The position numbers were made by a program, and so were the translations under genes. The notes beneath the pieces are model-generated. The model was not told the DNA's origin and searched no databases. It saw only the letters and a list, made by a program, of their open reading frames with translations. DNA of 64,000 bases from an uncultured virus (IMG/VR IMGVR_UViG_3300042544_003275) (lineage: Duplodnaviria > Heunggongvirae > Uroviricota > Caudoviricetes): IMG/VR virus record IMGVR_UViG_3300042544_003275; one strand, given 5' to 3'. Numbering within the stretch: position 1 is the stretch's first letter; every line of letters starts with the position of its first letter. Positions 30,137 to 39,483 of the stretch are shown here, piece after piece.

Positions 30137-30205
30137 TTTCTTATAAACCCATATGTATCCTTTGTGTGATTTTCTTTTACCCTTACAAACATTAATAACA
30201 TTGAA
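30125..30205 (-). pseudogene. NUMOD1-like homing endonuclease DNA-binding remnant
   Basis: Startless frame FNVINVCKGKRKSHKGYIWVYKK. Confidence 0.5.
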
Positions 30206-30215
30206 TTATCCAATT

Positions 30216-32447
30216 TTATTCAAATAGTGGGAAACGCGGGAGATATAGACGAGTCGTTGCGTTGTCAGCAAAAATAAGATATTTAGAATCGTCTCTAATA
30301 ATGTATTGATTAAGTATCTTATTATGTTCTTTCTCTGGTATAGTGTCCAAGAATAATCTAATATTAGTTGCTTTCATATCAGAACCTAATAACTCATAGT
30401 TAAATCCTTCTGCCTCAAATTCAAATCTTTCGATATCTTGTTCGTTAGAGTAAAGTTTTCTCAAGAATGTGTTTGGTAAATCAACAGCATCTTCTTCATC
30501 ATCTACATTTCTCTTATAAATAAACTGTGACATTTTCTTATTTCTTTGATCAATATTCAAGATGTAACAATGCCATACTTCTTCTTGTAAGGCCAGTGTA
30601 TCATTTGTTTGAGTTCCTGTTAAATCATAAGTATAAGTTGTAGCATTCATTGTTACTGATATTCTATCATTAACTAATTCTACTTTAAATCCTTTCAATG
30701 TTCCTGCATTATAATAGTTAAATAAACTATACTGTTCATCTACAACATAATTATTAATATTAAACCAAATTTGGAATCCAAGATTATTGGTTTCTTTTAG
30801 AATAGGATAAGCATTTTTATATCTAACTGCTGGAGTTCCAAATGCGACAGAAGATAAATCATAATGTGACTTAGATATAATAGTTGATGAATTTTCTATT
30901 AACTCTTTATCTATTTGAGCCGTATATTCTAATCTGATTGGTTCTCTTGTTAAAGGTTGGAACTGATCCTTATTAGCAATTGAAGCTTTATCATTATTAT
31001 TTTCAAGACCAAATAGTTCATCAATTGTCGTGTTCTTTGTAAGCATATCAAGCTTGTTCTGAATTTGAGTAGTTGCAGCTTTGACATTTGCTTTCTGAGT
31101 GTATTTTTTCAGAATCAATTTATAATAAATTGCAGAATTATTAAAATTTCTGAATTGTTGAGCGTGATCAACTTGATACATTCTATTTAAATCACAGAAG
31201 AATAAAAAGTCTTCTTTAGCTGGTCTTCTTTGTACACCAAACATTTCTTTAAAGTTTTGTTTAGTTATATGAGCCTCCATTGTTTCGAAAAGGTTCAGGT
31301 CAAATTGGTTCATTACAATTTGAGAATCTGGAAAATTATTACCTTCAATTGAAACTTTAATCTCTGCCTCACAAACAACATTATATAATTGATATTCATG
31401 TAAAGTATGGTCTTGTCCTTTTTTATCAGGGTCAGTCGCAAAATAAATAACTTTATGCCCAAACAATTGTTGAGCATCAGAACTTAATTTATTCAATAAA
31501 TTCATTGCTGTGTTTTGTTGATATGGATTATAAAGTTGTGCTTTTTCATCAGTTGACATTTGAGGTAAACTTGATGTACTATCACAACCACCATTACTAC
31601 CAGTTTGATTTAAGTTAGTATTTGGTACAAAGTTTCCGTTTGCGTCATAAGTACCAACCATATTAGATTGACAACATTCTCTTATTCCATATAAATTAGC
31701 TTTCTTAGAGTCATTTGTTACATTCTGAAAATCACCAATTAAATTTATGTCTTGTATTGTTATTGTTTGATTAGAATTATTTTCTACTGAATATTCGATT
31801 TGAAAAAATCTAATCGGATTTATATTTGTAGTTGTTATGTTACCAGTTGTTAATAATTCCCAGTTAGACCAAGTTCTACTATTATCTTGTGAATATCTAT
31901 ATTTTATTGTTGATCCTGTTATTCCAGTTGGTGATATTATTTCAACATCACTAATACCAAACACTTTAAATATATATGGTGGTTTTATTATTTTTGTACC
32001 ACCAGCAGGTATAGAAACTAAATCACCTTCTTCTTCAGTCGGTCTTTCTAATTCACCAATTATACCATATGATAACAATCTTATAGCTCCTACTTCGCTT
32101 GTTCCACTTCTTACCCATTTGATTTCTAAGTACAATGGATCTAATGGATCAACAATCGGGAAATTTATTATTTCTCTGTCTAAAGTTAACCAGTCAGTCC
32201 AGTTGTTACTATCTCTTGATATTCTATAATATGTTAGTAAATATCTAGCAGGTGTTAGTCCTATAGCTTCGTAAACAAATCTGTAAAACTTTTTAACATT
32301 TTGTAAATCTGGAAAACTTAAAACATATTCATCTCCATTATTTGGGAAATAAGGTGTAAAATCAGGAGAGTTTACGGTAGCATTTATATCAAAGACATCC
32401 TTGATAGTAATTGTCCCGTCTAAAATATTTGAATCTTCGCTATACAT
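30216..32447 (-). CDS. large virion structural protein (central region neck/head-closure-like, C-terminal LamG-like)
   Basis: 743 aa, AATATATA upstream; FGHKVIYF..RPAKEDFLFF..MYQV recalls T4 gp14-type neck proteins. Confidence 0.45.
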   Translation of the reverse strand: MYSEDSNILDGTITIKDVFDINATVNSPDFTPYFPNNGDEYVLSFPDLQNVKKFYRFVYEAIGLTPARYLLTYYRISRDSNNWTDWLTLDREIINFPIVDPLDPLYLEIKWVRSGTSEVGAIRLLSYGIIGELERPTEEEGDLVSIPAGGTKIIKPPYIFKVFGISDVEIISPTGITGSTIKYRYSQDNSRTWSNWELLTTGNITTTNINPIRFFQIEYSVENNSNQTITIQDINLIGDFQNVTNDSKKANLYGIRECCQSNMVGTYDANGNFVPNTNLNQTGSNGGCDSTSSLPQMSTDEKAQLYNPYQQNTAMNLLNKLSSDAQQLFGHKVIYFATDPDKKGQDHTLHEYQLYNVVCEAEIKVSIEGNNFPDSQIVMNQFDLNLFETMEAHITKQNFKEMFGVQRRPAKEDFLFFCDLNRMYQVDHAQQFRNFNNSAIYYKLILKKYTQKANVKAATTQIQNKLDMLTKNTTIDELFGLENNNDKASIANKDQFQPLTREPIRLEYTAQIDKELIENSSTIISKSHYDLSSVAFGTPAVRYKNAYPILKETNNLGFQIWFNINNYVVDEQYSLFNYYNAGTLKGFKVELVNDRISVTMNATTYTYDLTGTQTNDTLALQEEVWHCYILNIDQRNKKMSQFIYKRNVDDEEDAVDLPNTFLRKLYSNEQDIERFEFEAEGFNYELLGSDMKATNIRLFLDTIPEKEHNKILNQYIIRDDSKYLIFADNATTRLYLPRFPLFE

Positions 32448-32571
32448 ATAATTTATATATTAAAAATCAAAATCTATATAAACTTTTTAACAAAATATTT
32501 GGTAGATAATAACTTTACCCGTATATTTGTATAATTATCATAGGATAGTTATCATTAAACAAAGAGAAATT

Positions 32572-33825
32572 ATGAACATTAAAGAAAAGTTCTTACAACT
32601 AACAAGTCGAACTTATCCTCACGGAACAGAACAGGATGTATTTCCTTTCTTATGTGATGGTCTTCAAGTAGACGAGTTCGGAAACTTGTTCATCAAAATA
32701 GGTGAGAGTGATGTTATGTTTACATCACACTTAGATACCGCGACTTCAGCACTTACCGAAGTAAATCACGTTTTTGACGGAAATATAATTAAGACAGATG
32801 GTAAATCAATCTTAGGAGCAGACGACAAAGCAGGTGTTGTTATTATGTTGAATATGATTGAAAACAATATCCCTGGACTTTATTACTTTTTCTTAGGTGA
32901 AGAAGTTGGATGTATTGGTTCTAAGAAAGTAGCAGCAAAACAAAAAGAAGAAAAAATCGAAGGAATCAATAAAGTAATCTCATTTGACCGTAAGAAAACA
33001 ACTTCTATCATTACTTATCAAAGTGGTCAACGATGTGCTTCTGATAAATTCGGACAAGCATTGGCTGGAGCTTTGAACAAAGCAGATGATTCATTTGAAT
33101 ATATTATTGACCCAACTGGAGTATTAACTGACTCTGTTCAATTTATTAAAATCTACTCTGAGTGTACCAATATCTCTGTAGGTTATCAAAGCGAACACAC
33201 TTTTTCAGAATTACAAGATATTGACCACTTAACTAAATTGGCTGAAGCTTGTTTGAAAGTTGATTGGAATGGTTTACCAGTTGAAAGAGATTTCACTAAA
33301 ACTGAATACAAATCATACGGTTCATCTTATGGATGGGATGATTGGGATGATGATTACTACGGTGGTAGTTCACGATGGGGTAGTGGTTGGAACAAAACAA
33401 ACGCTTACTCTTCTGGATGGAAAGGTAAAGCTAGTTACGAACCAGCAAAACCTAAAACAGATAACATTTGGTTCCACGATGAAACTTACAACTATGTTTC
33501 TAAAATAGAAGTTGAGTCTTATACTAATAAAGTTATCTCTGTTGATTTGTGTAAAGAAAGAATCACTGATGAAAAAGTCTTAATTGATAAATTGTTAGTG
33601 GCTATCGATTTAGATTACACTCGTTCTGAATGGGATGGATTTAAATTGAAAGTATATTATGATTACGGACACAACACCGAGTGTAATAGAAATGACTTGT
33701 TAGGTTATTTACCAGAAATGGACTACACAAAAGTTGACACTTTAGGTAAATTCGATGATGTCTTAGAGTACGATAGACAAAAATTGTTAGAAGCTGAGGA
33801 CGGTGACTATGAATTATACGATTAA
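32572..33825 (+). CDS. M20/M28-like zinc peptidase with acidic C-terminal extension
   Basis: SHLDT, LGADDKAG, GEEVG, SFDR, NISVGY..EH. Confidence 0.8.
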   Translation: MNIKEKFLQLTSRTYPHGTEQDVFPFLCDGLQVDEFGNLFIKIGESDVMFTSHLDTATSALTEVNHVFDGNIIKTDGKSILGADDKAGVVIMLNMIENNIPGLYYFFLGEEVGCIGSKKVAAKQKEEKIEGINKVISFDRKKTTSIITYQSGQRCASDKFGQALAGALNKADDSFEYIIDPTGVLTDSVQFIKIYSECTNISVGYQSEHTFSELQDIDHLTKLAEACLKVDWNGLPVERDFTKTEYKSYGSSYGWDDWDDDYYGGSSRWGSGWNKTNAYSSGWKGKASYEPAKPKTDNIWFHDETYNYVSKIEVESYTNKVISVDLCKERITDEKVLIDKLLVAIDLDYTRSEWDGFKLKVYYDYGHNTECNRNDLLGYLPEMDYTKVDTLGKFDDVLEYDRQKLLEAEDGDYELYD

Positions 33826-33878
33826 AATAAAGTCGGATTTATTCCGACTTTATTGATTTAAATACTTAAATTTGTATT

Positions 33879-34028
33879 ATGATATTTGGTTTTATTAGAA
33901 AAAATAAATTAAAAAAAGAAATCTACAAAGACTTCTTAAAAGCGATAGAGAATAACGATTGGATAAAAATTGATATTCTAAGTAAGAGATATATTAGAGT
34001 TTGTGATGTTAAAACTAAAATTTATTAA
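33879..34028 (+). CDS. small hypothetical protein (49 aa)
   Basis: MIFGFIRKNKLKK.. directly upstream of coaD. Confidence 0.45.
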   Translation: MIFGFIRKNKLKKEIYKDFLKAIENNDWIKIDILSKRYIRVCDVKTKIY

Positions 34029-34502
34029 GTGATGAAAACGATTGCTATTTACCCTGGGTCATTTAACCCATTCCATATTGGACACTTAAATATTGTCGAA
34101 AAAACTGAACGTATCTTTGGAAAAGGAAATGTTGTTATTGCTATGGGTATAAACCCTGATAAAATGGATGTTCATAAGTCTGAACAATTCCATCTGAAAA
34201 ATGAACAATCTAAAGAGTTATCTCATAAAATTGGTAGAGAGGTTATTGTTTACTCTGACTTTCTACATCAAGTTATTGAACACTATGAAGAATTAGGTTA
34301 CACTGTTGTTATTGTTAAAGGTCTTAGAAACGGACACGATCTTGATTATGAAGTCAATCAAATGAGGTTTGTGAATGACTTTAAGAAAGATGTTAATGTT
34401 GTTTACATTACTTGTGATAAAGACTTTGAACATATCAGTTCCTCTGCTATTCGTAAATTACAGTCTTTCAGTCCTGGTTCCGGTGACCGATATTTAGTAT
34501 GA
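34029..34502 (+). CDS. coaD: phosphopantetheine adenylyltransferase-like
   Basis: YPGSFNPFHIGH, KGLRN..D..YE, HISSSAIR. Confidence 0.8.
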   Translation: MMKTIAIYPGSFNPFHIGHLNIVEKTERIFGKGNVVIAMGINPDKMDVHKSEQFHLKNEQSKELSHKIGREVIVYSDFLHQVIEHYEELGYTVVIVKGLRNGHDLDYEVNQMRFVNDFKKDVNVVYITCDKDFEHISSSAIRKLQSFSPGSGDRYLV

Positions 34503-34744
34503 GAGATATAGAAGGTAGATACTTATCATCTGATGTAAGAGAAGCTATAAACTCTTTTCTTTTAGAAAAAGGTTGGTGCGTAATGACGGACAACCGGGTG
34601 ATAACAAACATACATTTAAGAGAAGGATTTTATAAAACAGAATTTTCAGAACCAAATAAATCAGATATAGGATATATTGAAATACCAGAATACTGGATTA
34701 AGTCATTCATAAGAAATAAAAAAATAAATCAAATCATTGAATAA
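34499..34744 (+). CDS. hypothetical protein (C-terminal RNKKINQII)
   Basis: Coupled ORF. Confidence 0.6.
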   Translation: MRDIEGRYLSSDVREAINSFLLEKGWCVMTDNRVITNIHLREGFYKTEFSEPNKSDIGYIEIPEYWIKSFIRNKKINQIIE

Positions 34745-35165
34745 AGAAGTTGAAATATTAAAATTAGGTTCTATAATACCGCATGTTATTTCTAAATGGG
34801 AAAGTTTAGAAGGTAAGAAAGAAGGAAAAGATACTATTATGGTTGTTTATAATGGTGGTCCTATTTTCGATCACTATGTTGCAATTCTAAAAGAAAAATG
34901 TGGTGATGAATACAAGTTTTTAAAAACTGATAAAAATATCATAGGTGGTCCTTATAGTTATAGACCTGGTAATAACGATCCTCGATTATTTGGCGAATTA
35001 GATGGTGAATTAGTAATTGGAATGTCATTCACAGTTGGAAATTGGCATAGTTCTATTGTTGAAAAAATTATAAATAATAATATAGTTATTACAAAGAATT
35101 CTGTTTATGCTATACACAGTGTTTCTGAGTTTAGAGATAAGAAACTAAAAGATTTAGGAATATAA
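34737..35165 (+). CDS. hypothetical protein (C-terminal RDKKLKDLGI)
   Basis: Coupled ORF, TTG start. Confidence 0.6.
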   Translation: MNKEVEILKLGSIIPHVISKWESLEGKKEGKDTIMVVYNGGPIFDHYVAILKEKCGDEYKFLKTDKNIIGGPYSYRPGNNDPRLFGELDGELVIGMSFTVGNWHSSIVEKIINNNIVITKNSVYAIHSVSEFRDKKLKDLGI

Positions 35166-35192
35166 ACATATCCAATACTAAATATATAGATA

Positions 35193-35432
35193 ATGTTGAA
35201 GAAGTTATTTATAAGATTTAGAATTTGGAGACTATACAGAGAGATAAGAAATATCAGATTAGAAATGGATATTTATTATGTAAATCTTAACTCAAGAAAT
35301 CTTAGATTCTTTTCTGGTAAATTAAACATTGATGAAAAATTCAATGATTATCTTAAAATACAAAGAGAAGAAATAAAACGTCTAATCAGAAAAATAGAAT
35401 TATTAAAAAATAAGTTAAAGTCTCTACATTGA
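35193..35432 (+). CDS. small basic hypothetical protein
   Basis: 79 aa, AATATATA upstream. Confidence 0.55.
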   Translation: MLKKLFIRFRIWRLYREIRNIRLEMDIYYVNLNSRNLRFFSGKLNIDEKFNDYLKIQREEIKRLIRKIELLKNKLKSLH

Positions 35433-35467
35433 GACTTTTTTTATTGAATAAAATAATATATACATTA

Positions 35468-36679
35468 ATGAGATATATCAAGAAGTACAACGAAAGTGAG
35501 AACGTTTCAATATTTAGTCAAGAAGTTAAAAATTTCTTTCCTGATAAGATTTATCTTGCTACAACTCAAGGTGATTGGGAGTTTGATAAAAAAGATTTAA
35601 TGTTAAATGGTGATTTAATTCAGATGGCTTACTATCATTGTCCATCAGAACATTCTAATGATGTTTTAAGTGATGGTGAACCTGATTTTTTAGAATTTGA
35701 CATACACACAGCTAAGAACGAAAGAGGAATAAAACTACTTGTTGATATTACATATGGTGATTCAATGGTTTCTGAGTTCTCAATAGAAGCTCCCAATAAG
35801 ATAAATGTGATACACTATACAGGTTCGAGTTCAAAATATGAACCTGAAACATATTTTGGATTTACAGATGAAACTATAAATGATTTGGTTAATTTATTTA
35901 ATTCATTTAATCATGGATTAGAACTAACACCTGATGATTTTAAGTTTATAGATAAAGATCCTGATAGTTATAAACATGATATACATAACTCTGACCATTT
36001 ATACAATGATACATCTGATTTAATTGAATTTGGTAATTCAATGAAAGAATCAACATTAAATGATATTATATTAGTTATTAATAACTCTAAACCACCTGAG
36101 AATAAATATTTATATAAGGTATTAAAATATTTAGATGTTAGAGGTATTGAGTATAAAGTTGCTTCTTCACCAGAGGATATTACTAAATACAATCAAGATT
36201 ATAATATAACTGGTGCTTTATCAACCGGATCTGATTATAGAGTAAAAGATGGTGATGAAGTTAGTTCAACTGCTTTATCTGAATTGGAATGTCCTATTTT
36301 GGCGATGTGTTTTGGATATCAATCAATGGCTAAATTCTATGGTGTTAATATAGATAGTGGTGAAGAGAACTGTGGATTATTTAATTTAAGTGATTATGAT
36401 GATTCACACTTTTTATTCAAAGGTATAGATTTATCTCAACAAAAGGTAAGTTTTTGTTTTCATGATTATCCAAATAGTGTTCCTCAGGGATTTGAAGTAA
36501 TTGCTATGTTAGGTGATGTAATATCTGGAATATCTTCTAAGAATAGATATGGTTTGTTATTTCATCCTGAAGAGTTAGAATCTACATATACTATATTGGA
36601 TAACTTTATAAATAGTTGTAAAGTAAATAAAGGTTCTGAAATGAAATATTTACAAACTTTTGAAAGATTTAGAAAATAA
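35468..36679 (+). CDS. phage domain fused to class I glutamine amidotransferase domain
   Basis: PILAMCFGYQ and LFHPE motifs; MRYIKKYNE start. Confidence 0.75.
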   Translation: MRYIKKYNESENVSIFSQEVKNFFPDKIYLATTQGDWEFDKKDLMLNGDLIQMAYYHCPSEHSNDVLSDGEPDFLEFDIHTAKNERGIKLLVDITYGDSMVSEFSIEAPNKINVIHYTGSSSKYEPETYFGFTDETINDLVNLFNSFNHGLELTPDDFKFIDKDPDSYKHDIHNSDHLYNDTSDLIEFGNSMKESTLNDIILVINNSKPPENKYLYKVLKYLDVRGIEYKVASSPEDITKYNQDYNITGALSTGSDYRVKDGDEVSSTALSELECPILAMCFGYQSMAKFYGVNIDSGEENCGLFNLSDYDDSHFLFKGIDLSQQKVSFCFHDYPNSVPQGFEVIAMLGDVISGISSKNRYGLLFHPEELESTYTILDNFINSCKVNKGSEMKYLQTFERFRK

Positions 36680-36714
36680 ATCATATCTTTGTACTTAAAT
36701 TAAAAATATTAAAA

Positions 36715-36933
36715 ATGTCAAATATTAAAAATTGGGGTGAGTTCCTAAAAGACGTACCAACAGATGCTTTATTATCTGAGGTAGAAAAGAGAAAAATTAA
36801 ACAATCTACTTCAGTAAGTGAATCAGCAAATGAAATCATGAGTCAAATCGATAAAGCGATTGAAATGTTTGGTAGTTATAGTTTTGATGATAAAGGACCA
36901 TTCCTTGAGGAACTCCAGCAAGATTTTAGATAA
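36715..36933 (+). CDS. hypothetical protein; may continue by frameshift into 36860..37051
   Basis: Overlapping acidic ORFs in two frames. Confidence 0.5.
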   Translation: MSNIKNWGEFLKDVPTDALLSEVEKRKIKQSTSVSESANEIMSQIDKAIEMFGSYSFDDKGPFLEELQQDFR

Positions 36934-37066
36934 CTATTCAAATTATGAAAGAGCATTTAGTGTTGTTGGTTGTATCATTGGTGAGTTTGATAGTCTACCA
37001 GAAGATGAATTTGACGAACTTTTAGATTCTGATGAAAGATTTGAATATTAAAAAAACCAAAATAAA

Positions 37067-37150
37067 TTTGGTAGATTAAAAACAAATACATATCTTTGTA
37101 CTATACTATTAAGAAATAGTAAAAAGGAAGAATAATATTTTAATATATAA
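37067..37150 (+). promoter_or_regulatory. tandem promoters upstream of leader 4
   Basis: TTTG..TATCTTTG and AAAAGGAAGAA..TAATATATA. Confidence 0.6.
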
Positions 37151-37156
37151 GAAATA

Positions 37157-37252
37157 ATGAAAACAATTAACGTAAATATCGCACAAGTTAACCCGCAACC
37201 TCAGGATCAGGATTCTAAGGAAGTGACTAACTATGTCTTTACAATAAGTTAA
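37157..37252 (+). CDS. attenuator leader peptide 4 (MKTINVNIAQVNPQPQDQDSKEVTNYVFTIS)
   Basis: PQPQDQD run ahead of terminator and Pro/Asp/Gln tRNAs. Confidence 0.85.
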   Translation: MKTINVNIAQVNPQPQDQDSKEVTNYVFTIS

Positions 37253-37275
37253 TAAAAACATTAAACGATTTGTAT

Positions 37276-37315
37276 AAACCCAGTTAGTCTTTGATTAACT
37301 GGGTTTTTTTTTTTT
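37276..37315 (+). terminator. attenuator terminator 4
   Basis: AAACCCAGTTAGTC-ttt-GATTAACTGGGTTT + T tract; leader GACTAACT complements AGTTAGTC. Confidence 0.9.
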
Positions 37316-37324
37316 AGTAAAAAA

Positions 37325-37398
37325 CGGGTAGTGACTAAGGTTTTAAGCACGGGGGCTCTGGAAGCTTCAGTTAGTCGGTTCGATTCCGACCTACCCGA
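37325..37398 (+). tRNA. tRNA-Pro(TGG), atypical
   Basis: C1:G72, A73; loop TCTGGAA (C33), weak D arm. Confidence 0.6.
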
Positions 37399-37404
37399 CA
37401 AAAT

Positions 37405-37477
37405 GGTCTATTGGTGAAATGGCTTATCATCCCACCCTGTCACGGTGGAGTAGACGGATCGTAACCGTCATAGACCG
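37405..37477 (+). tRNA. tRNA-Asp(GTC)
   Basis: CCACC-CTGTCAC-GGTGG; T loop ATCGTAA. Confidence 0.85.
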
Positions 37478-37539
37478 CACGAAGTATAATTGGACAGAAA
37501 CGTACTCTTTAGGGGATAGAGTAAAAGAATTCTCAAAAC

Positions 37540-37612
37540 GGATGTGAGGTCAAACGGTTAAGATGTCTGCCTGTCACGCAGTTCGGAGCGGGTTCAACTC
37601 CCGTCACGTCCG
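37540..37612 (+). tRNA. tRNA-Asp(GTC)
   Basis: Loop CTGTCAC, G73. Confidence 0.85.
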
Positions 37613-37624
37613 CAAAAATAATAA

Positions 37625-37696
37625 GGTCCTGTCGTCCAATGGTAGGATAACCCGTTGTCTGCGGGATGGTTGCGGGTTCGAGTCCCGTCAGGACCG
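37625..37696 (+). tRNA. tRNA-Asp(GTC)
   Basis: CCCG-TTGTCTG-CGGG, G73. Confidence 0.75.
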
Positions 37697-37707
37697 CTAA
37701 AATATTT

Positions 37708-37783
37708 CGGAGAGTAGAGGAGTCTGGTTTATCTCGGGCCGTTTGGGGCGGTCAGCACGTGGGTTCAAATCCCGCCTCTCCGA
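37708..37783 (+). tRNA. tRNA-Pro(TGG)
   Basis: GGCCG-TTTGGGG-CGGTC, C1:G72. Confidence 0.9.
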
Positions 37784-37803
37784 CAAAAAAATTAAAATTA
37801 AAA

Positions 37804-38049
37804 ATGTTTGTATTCAGAAGAAGTATAACAAATGAAGAATGTGAAGTAGTCGAATTAAAAGGTTCATTAGAAGGTCTTAACTATCGTTTGGATAGTTTAA
37901 TTAATATAAGTAACAGACCTGATAATAGAAGTGACTTAACTGATGAAATAAACCGTGTTAAAAACGAAATTGAAATAAAAGAAATAAAACTAAAAGAAAT
38001 GAGAACATTAGTACAATTCCAGCAACAACAAATTAATCGAACAGATTGA
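37804..38049 (+). CDS. 81-aa coiled-coil ORF whose last 16 codons form leader 5
   Basis: MFVFRRS.. in frame with MRTLVQFQQQQINRTD. Confidence 0.5.
   Translation: MFVFRRSITNEECEVVELKGSLEGLNYRLDSLINISNRPDNRSDLTDEINRVKNEIEIKEIKLKEMRTLVQFQQQQINRTD
37999..38049 (+). CDS. attenuator leader peptide 5 (MRTLVQFQQQQINRTD)
   Basis: Five Gln codons, followed by terminator and two tRNA-Gln. Confidence 0.75.
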   Translation: MRTLVQFQQQQINRTD

Positions 38050-38077
38050 TAATGGAATAATATTGTGTAAACTTTAT

Positions 38078-38111
38078 AAACCCTATTCAATCTTTTGGAT
38101 AGGGTTTTTTT
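38078..38111 (+). terminator. attenuator terminator 5
   Basis: AAACCCTATTCAA-tctt-TTGGATAGGGTTT + T tract. Confidence 0.85.
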
Positions 38112-38113
38112 AT

Positions 38114-38184
38114 TGTTGAGTCGTCTAATGGCAGGACACATGATTTTGGCTCATGTAATGGTGGTTCGAGTCCACCCCCGACAA
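38114..38184 (+). tRNA. tRNA-Gln(TTG)
   Basis: CATGA-TTTTGGC-TCATG, U1:A72. Confidence 0.85.
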
Positions 38185-38191
38185 CAAACAT

Positions 38192-38263
38192 TGAGAAGTC
38201 GTCTAATGGCAGGATACCTGACTTTGAATCAGGAAGATGTAGGTTCGACCCCTACCTTCTCAA
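38192..38263 (+). tRNA. tRNA-Gln(TTG)
   Basis: CCTGA-CTTTGAA-TCAGG, U1:A72. Confidence 0.9.
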
Positions 38264-38297
38264 CAAAAAATTAATATTGCTTTTAATATATAATCGT

Positions 38298-38996
38298 ATG
38301 AAAGCAATATTATTTACATTAATGACATTACTAATTAGTTGTAGTGTTATAGGTCAAAAAAATAGAGAGTTATATGAACAATCTATGATTAATTCTATCA
38401 GACCTGATAGTTCTAAAATCTATACTAACTTAGTTCAGATTAATGATAGTAACAAAACACTTATCAGAAAAAATATTAATGGTGAAGAGTATATCTTAGT
38501 TTGTACTTGGAAACAAAACGTTTCTTTTTATCAAAAAGATACAGTATTTAATACTGGTAGTTATCCAATCTGGGTAACAACTGCTCCTGAATTAAAAAAT
38601 AGAATTCAGAAAGAATCACCTAAAGATACAAATTTAAGATTAGTTCAATTGTTGGGTTTGCCACCGAGTGCTAAGTATAGTTACTTTGTTGAATTTTGGG
38701 TTAGACCAGTTGATTTATTTAGACCGTGTCCAGATAGTGAGATAAATGATGGTACTTGTGATTTATGTTTTCCAGAAGGAACTTCACAAGAACATATTGA
38801 TTGGATTAATGAGAATCGAATTTCAAGATACTATCAATGTGATTTATATTATCAGTATCCTTGGGGTCAATTAGGATATACTTATGATTGGAATCCTAAA
38901 AACAAATCTCATGTTGGTTTAAGTGAATTTATTATTAAAACCAATACTATTATTTATGTAAATAGAATAGTAACTACTTCAGAGTATTTAAGATAA
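38298..38996 (+). CDS. secreted/lipoprotein-like hypothetical protein
   Basis: Signal peptide MKAILFTLMTLLISC; RLVQLLGLPP, YPWGQLGYTYDW. Confidence 0.65.
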   Translation: MKAILFTLMTLLISCSVIGQKNRELYEQSMINSIRPDSSKIYTNLVQINDSNKTLIRKNINGEEYILVCTWKQNVSFYQKDTVFNTGSYPIWVTTAPELKNRIQKESPKDTNLRLVQLLGLPPSAKYSYFVEFWVRPVDLFRPCPDSEINDGTCDLCFPEGTSQEHIDWINENRISRYYQCDLYYQYPWGQLGYTYDWNPKNKSHVGLSEFIIKTNTIIYVNRIVTTSEYLR

Positions 38997-39368
38997 CTCC
39001 CATCTTCCATCAGATAGAAATTTATAAGATCCAATAAACTCAAATTTTTTCCATTGTTCCGGAGATATTAAAGAAAGGAATTCTTCACCGGATTCCTTTT
39101 TATATAAGTGATAAATTTCACCAGAGGTTGGTTCAAAATTATGAGAAGCCATATAAAGTCTTTCATTCATTTGAATTTCTGACATTAATTTTTCATACTC
39201 CCTCGTCATCTCTTCAAATTTTGACGAATAGTATTTTTTTATTTTAGAAGTTTTTTCAATTTTAAAAAGACTGATATTATCAGGTTCAAATTTTGGAGCA
39301 CCTACTTCAGTTGGATATCTTTTAGATAATCTATTCTCTACAAAACTATCAGGCATTTTCTTTTCCAT
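38988..39368 (-). CDS. DUF2452-like protein
   Basis: YPTEVGAPKFEP..GEIYHLY..FLSLISPEQW. Confidence 0.65.
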   Translation of the reverse strand: MEKKMPDSFVENRLSKRYPTEVGAPKFEPDNISLFKIEKTSKIKKYYSSKFEEMTREYEKLMSEIQMNERLYMASHNFEPTSGEIYHLYKKESGEEFLSLISPEQWKKFEFIGSYKFLSDGRWELS

Positions 39369-39483
39369 ACAAATTATATAAATAAGATAATAATAGTTTA
39401 TAGTTTGTATCATGATATTACATGATTCCGTTTTTTTAAGGTTATAAACTTTTTAATAAAAAATCAAATAATATATAATAGAC

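Noticed and set aside
37666..37803. N-terminal extension of ORF 37666..38049
   Set aside because: Overlaps tRNA-Asp and tRNA-Pro; plausible starts are 37804 or 37999.
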